DNA from: a virus
IMG/VR virus record: IMGVR_UViG_3300025322_000015
Span: 8,666 to 72,665 of that record
Strand: one strand, 5' to 3'
DNA: 64,000 bases
Position numbers and translations under genes: made by a program. Of the stretch, positions 63,502-64,000 are shown piece after piece (the first letter of the stretch is position 1; each line of letters opens with the position of its first letter). The notes beneath the pieces are model-generated. The model was not told the DNA's origin. It worked only from the letters and a program-made list of their open reading frames with translations, and ran no database searches.

Positions 63502-63988
63502 CTTCCTGCATAATTTGTTTCATCACTTCGAGAACTTCACGGCGTTTCGAGGGTGCGGTCTTACTCGTACGAACTACTGCACAGAGAACAATGATCGCAC
63601 GAAGTACAGCTAGAAGTGGACCCGGAGCAGTAATATTCTCACGCCATCCGTAGTCAACAGTAACAAACCAACAGGTTGTACCCGTCGGCCAACCTTCAAG
63701 TGTCAAGTAATTTGACCGAGGCTTGTAGTCAACGCCGCGAACAGTAATTGTGTACGACCAGTCATACTCGTATTCCGGAGAATGCAATACCTGCCAAGGC
63801 TGCTCCTCTTGCTTCCGAAAACCCGCATGCATTTCTACGAAACCAGCCATCGCGGCGAGCAAGAACTCCAAATCAATAATAGCATAGGGCGTATCGACAT
63901 TGAAGCATTCAAACAACGAACGACGTACCGCAGCGTTCAGCGCATCGCCCGGTGGTAGTACTGAATCCAGCACTTCTCGAGTAAACAT
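63470..63988 (-). CDS. hypothetical protein
   Basis: AGGAGG SD at the window end. Confidence 0.65.
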   Translation of the reverse strand: MFTREVLDSVLPPGDALNAAVRRSLFECFNVDTPYAIIDLEFLLAAMAGFVEMHAGFRKQEEQPWQVLHSPEYEYDWSYTITVRGVDYKPRSNYLTLEGWPTGTTCWFVTVDYGWRENITAPGPLLAVLRAIIVLCAVVRTSKTAPSKRREVLEVMKQIMQEGEDAAGTIQG

Positions 63989-64000
63989 AAAAACCCTCCT

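Noticed and set aside
1-64000. tRNA/rRNA genes, integrase, transposase, introns/inteins
   Set aside because: No cloverleaf/T-loop consensus in intergenic space and no such motifs or unexplained insertions seen by eye; a tRNAscan/Infernal run would be needed to exclude them formally

Overview
A 64-kb internal segment of a large tailed dsDNA phage genome, almost entirely coded on the minus strand. The host is probably an alphaproteobacterium (Rhizobiales-like), inferred from an Omp25/RopB-type outer-membrane gene. Reading in transcription direction (right to left): (i) QueE, HIRAN and SNF2-type helicase genes; (ii) an early region (about 52.7-60.4 kb) of promoter-gene-terminator cassettes sharing a repeated promoter TTG(C/T)GT-N17-TACA(C/T)ATAAT; (iii) a replication/recombination block (primase, clamp, UDG-PolA fusion, clamp loader, UvsY, gp32-like SSB, RecA, resolvase, SbcCD) interleaved with a complete 7-deazaguanine DNA-modification set (dpdA, folE, queC, queD, queE, queF; predicted dPreQ1); (iv) a cell-surface cassette (Omp, Imm), lysis and nucleotide-metabolism genes; (v) packaging and head genes (TerS, TerL, portal, adaptor, MuF-ART fusion, ChaB-Acb1-XkdF fusion, scaffold) interrupted by eight glycosyltransferase/methyltransferase genes. 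The most striking feature not in the ORF track is three type II hammerhead-ribozyme folds (57.8-58.8 kb) punctuating one early operon, each with a covarying loop I/3'-tail pseudoknot, preceded by a structured purine-rich leader of about 270 nt. No tail genes, tRNAs or CRISPR arrays were recognised. All protein calls are from motif recognition by eye, not database searches.
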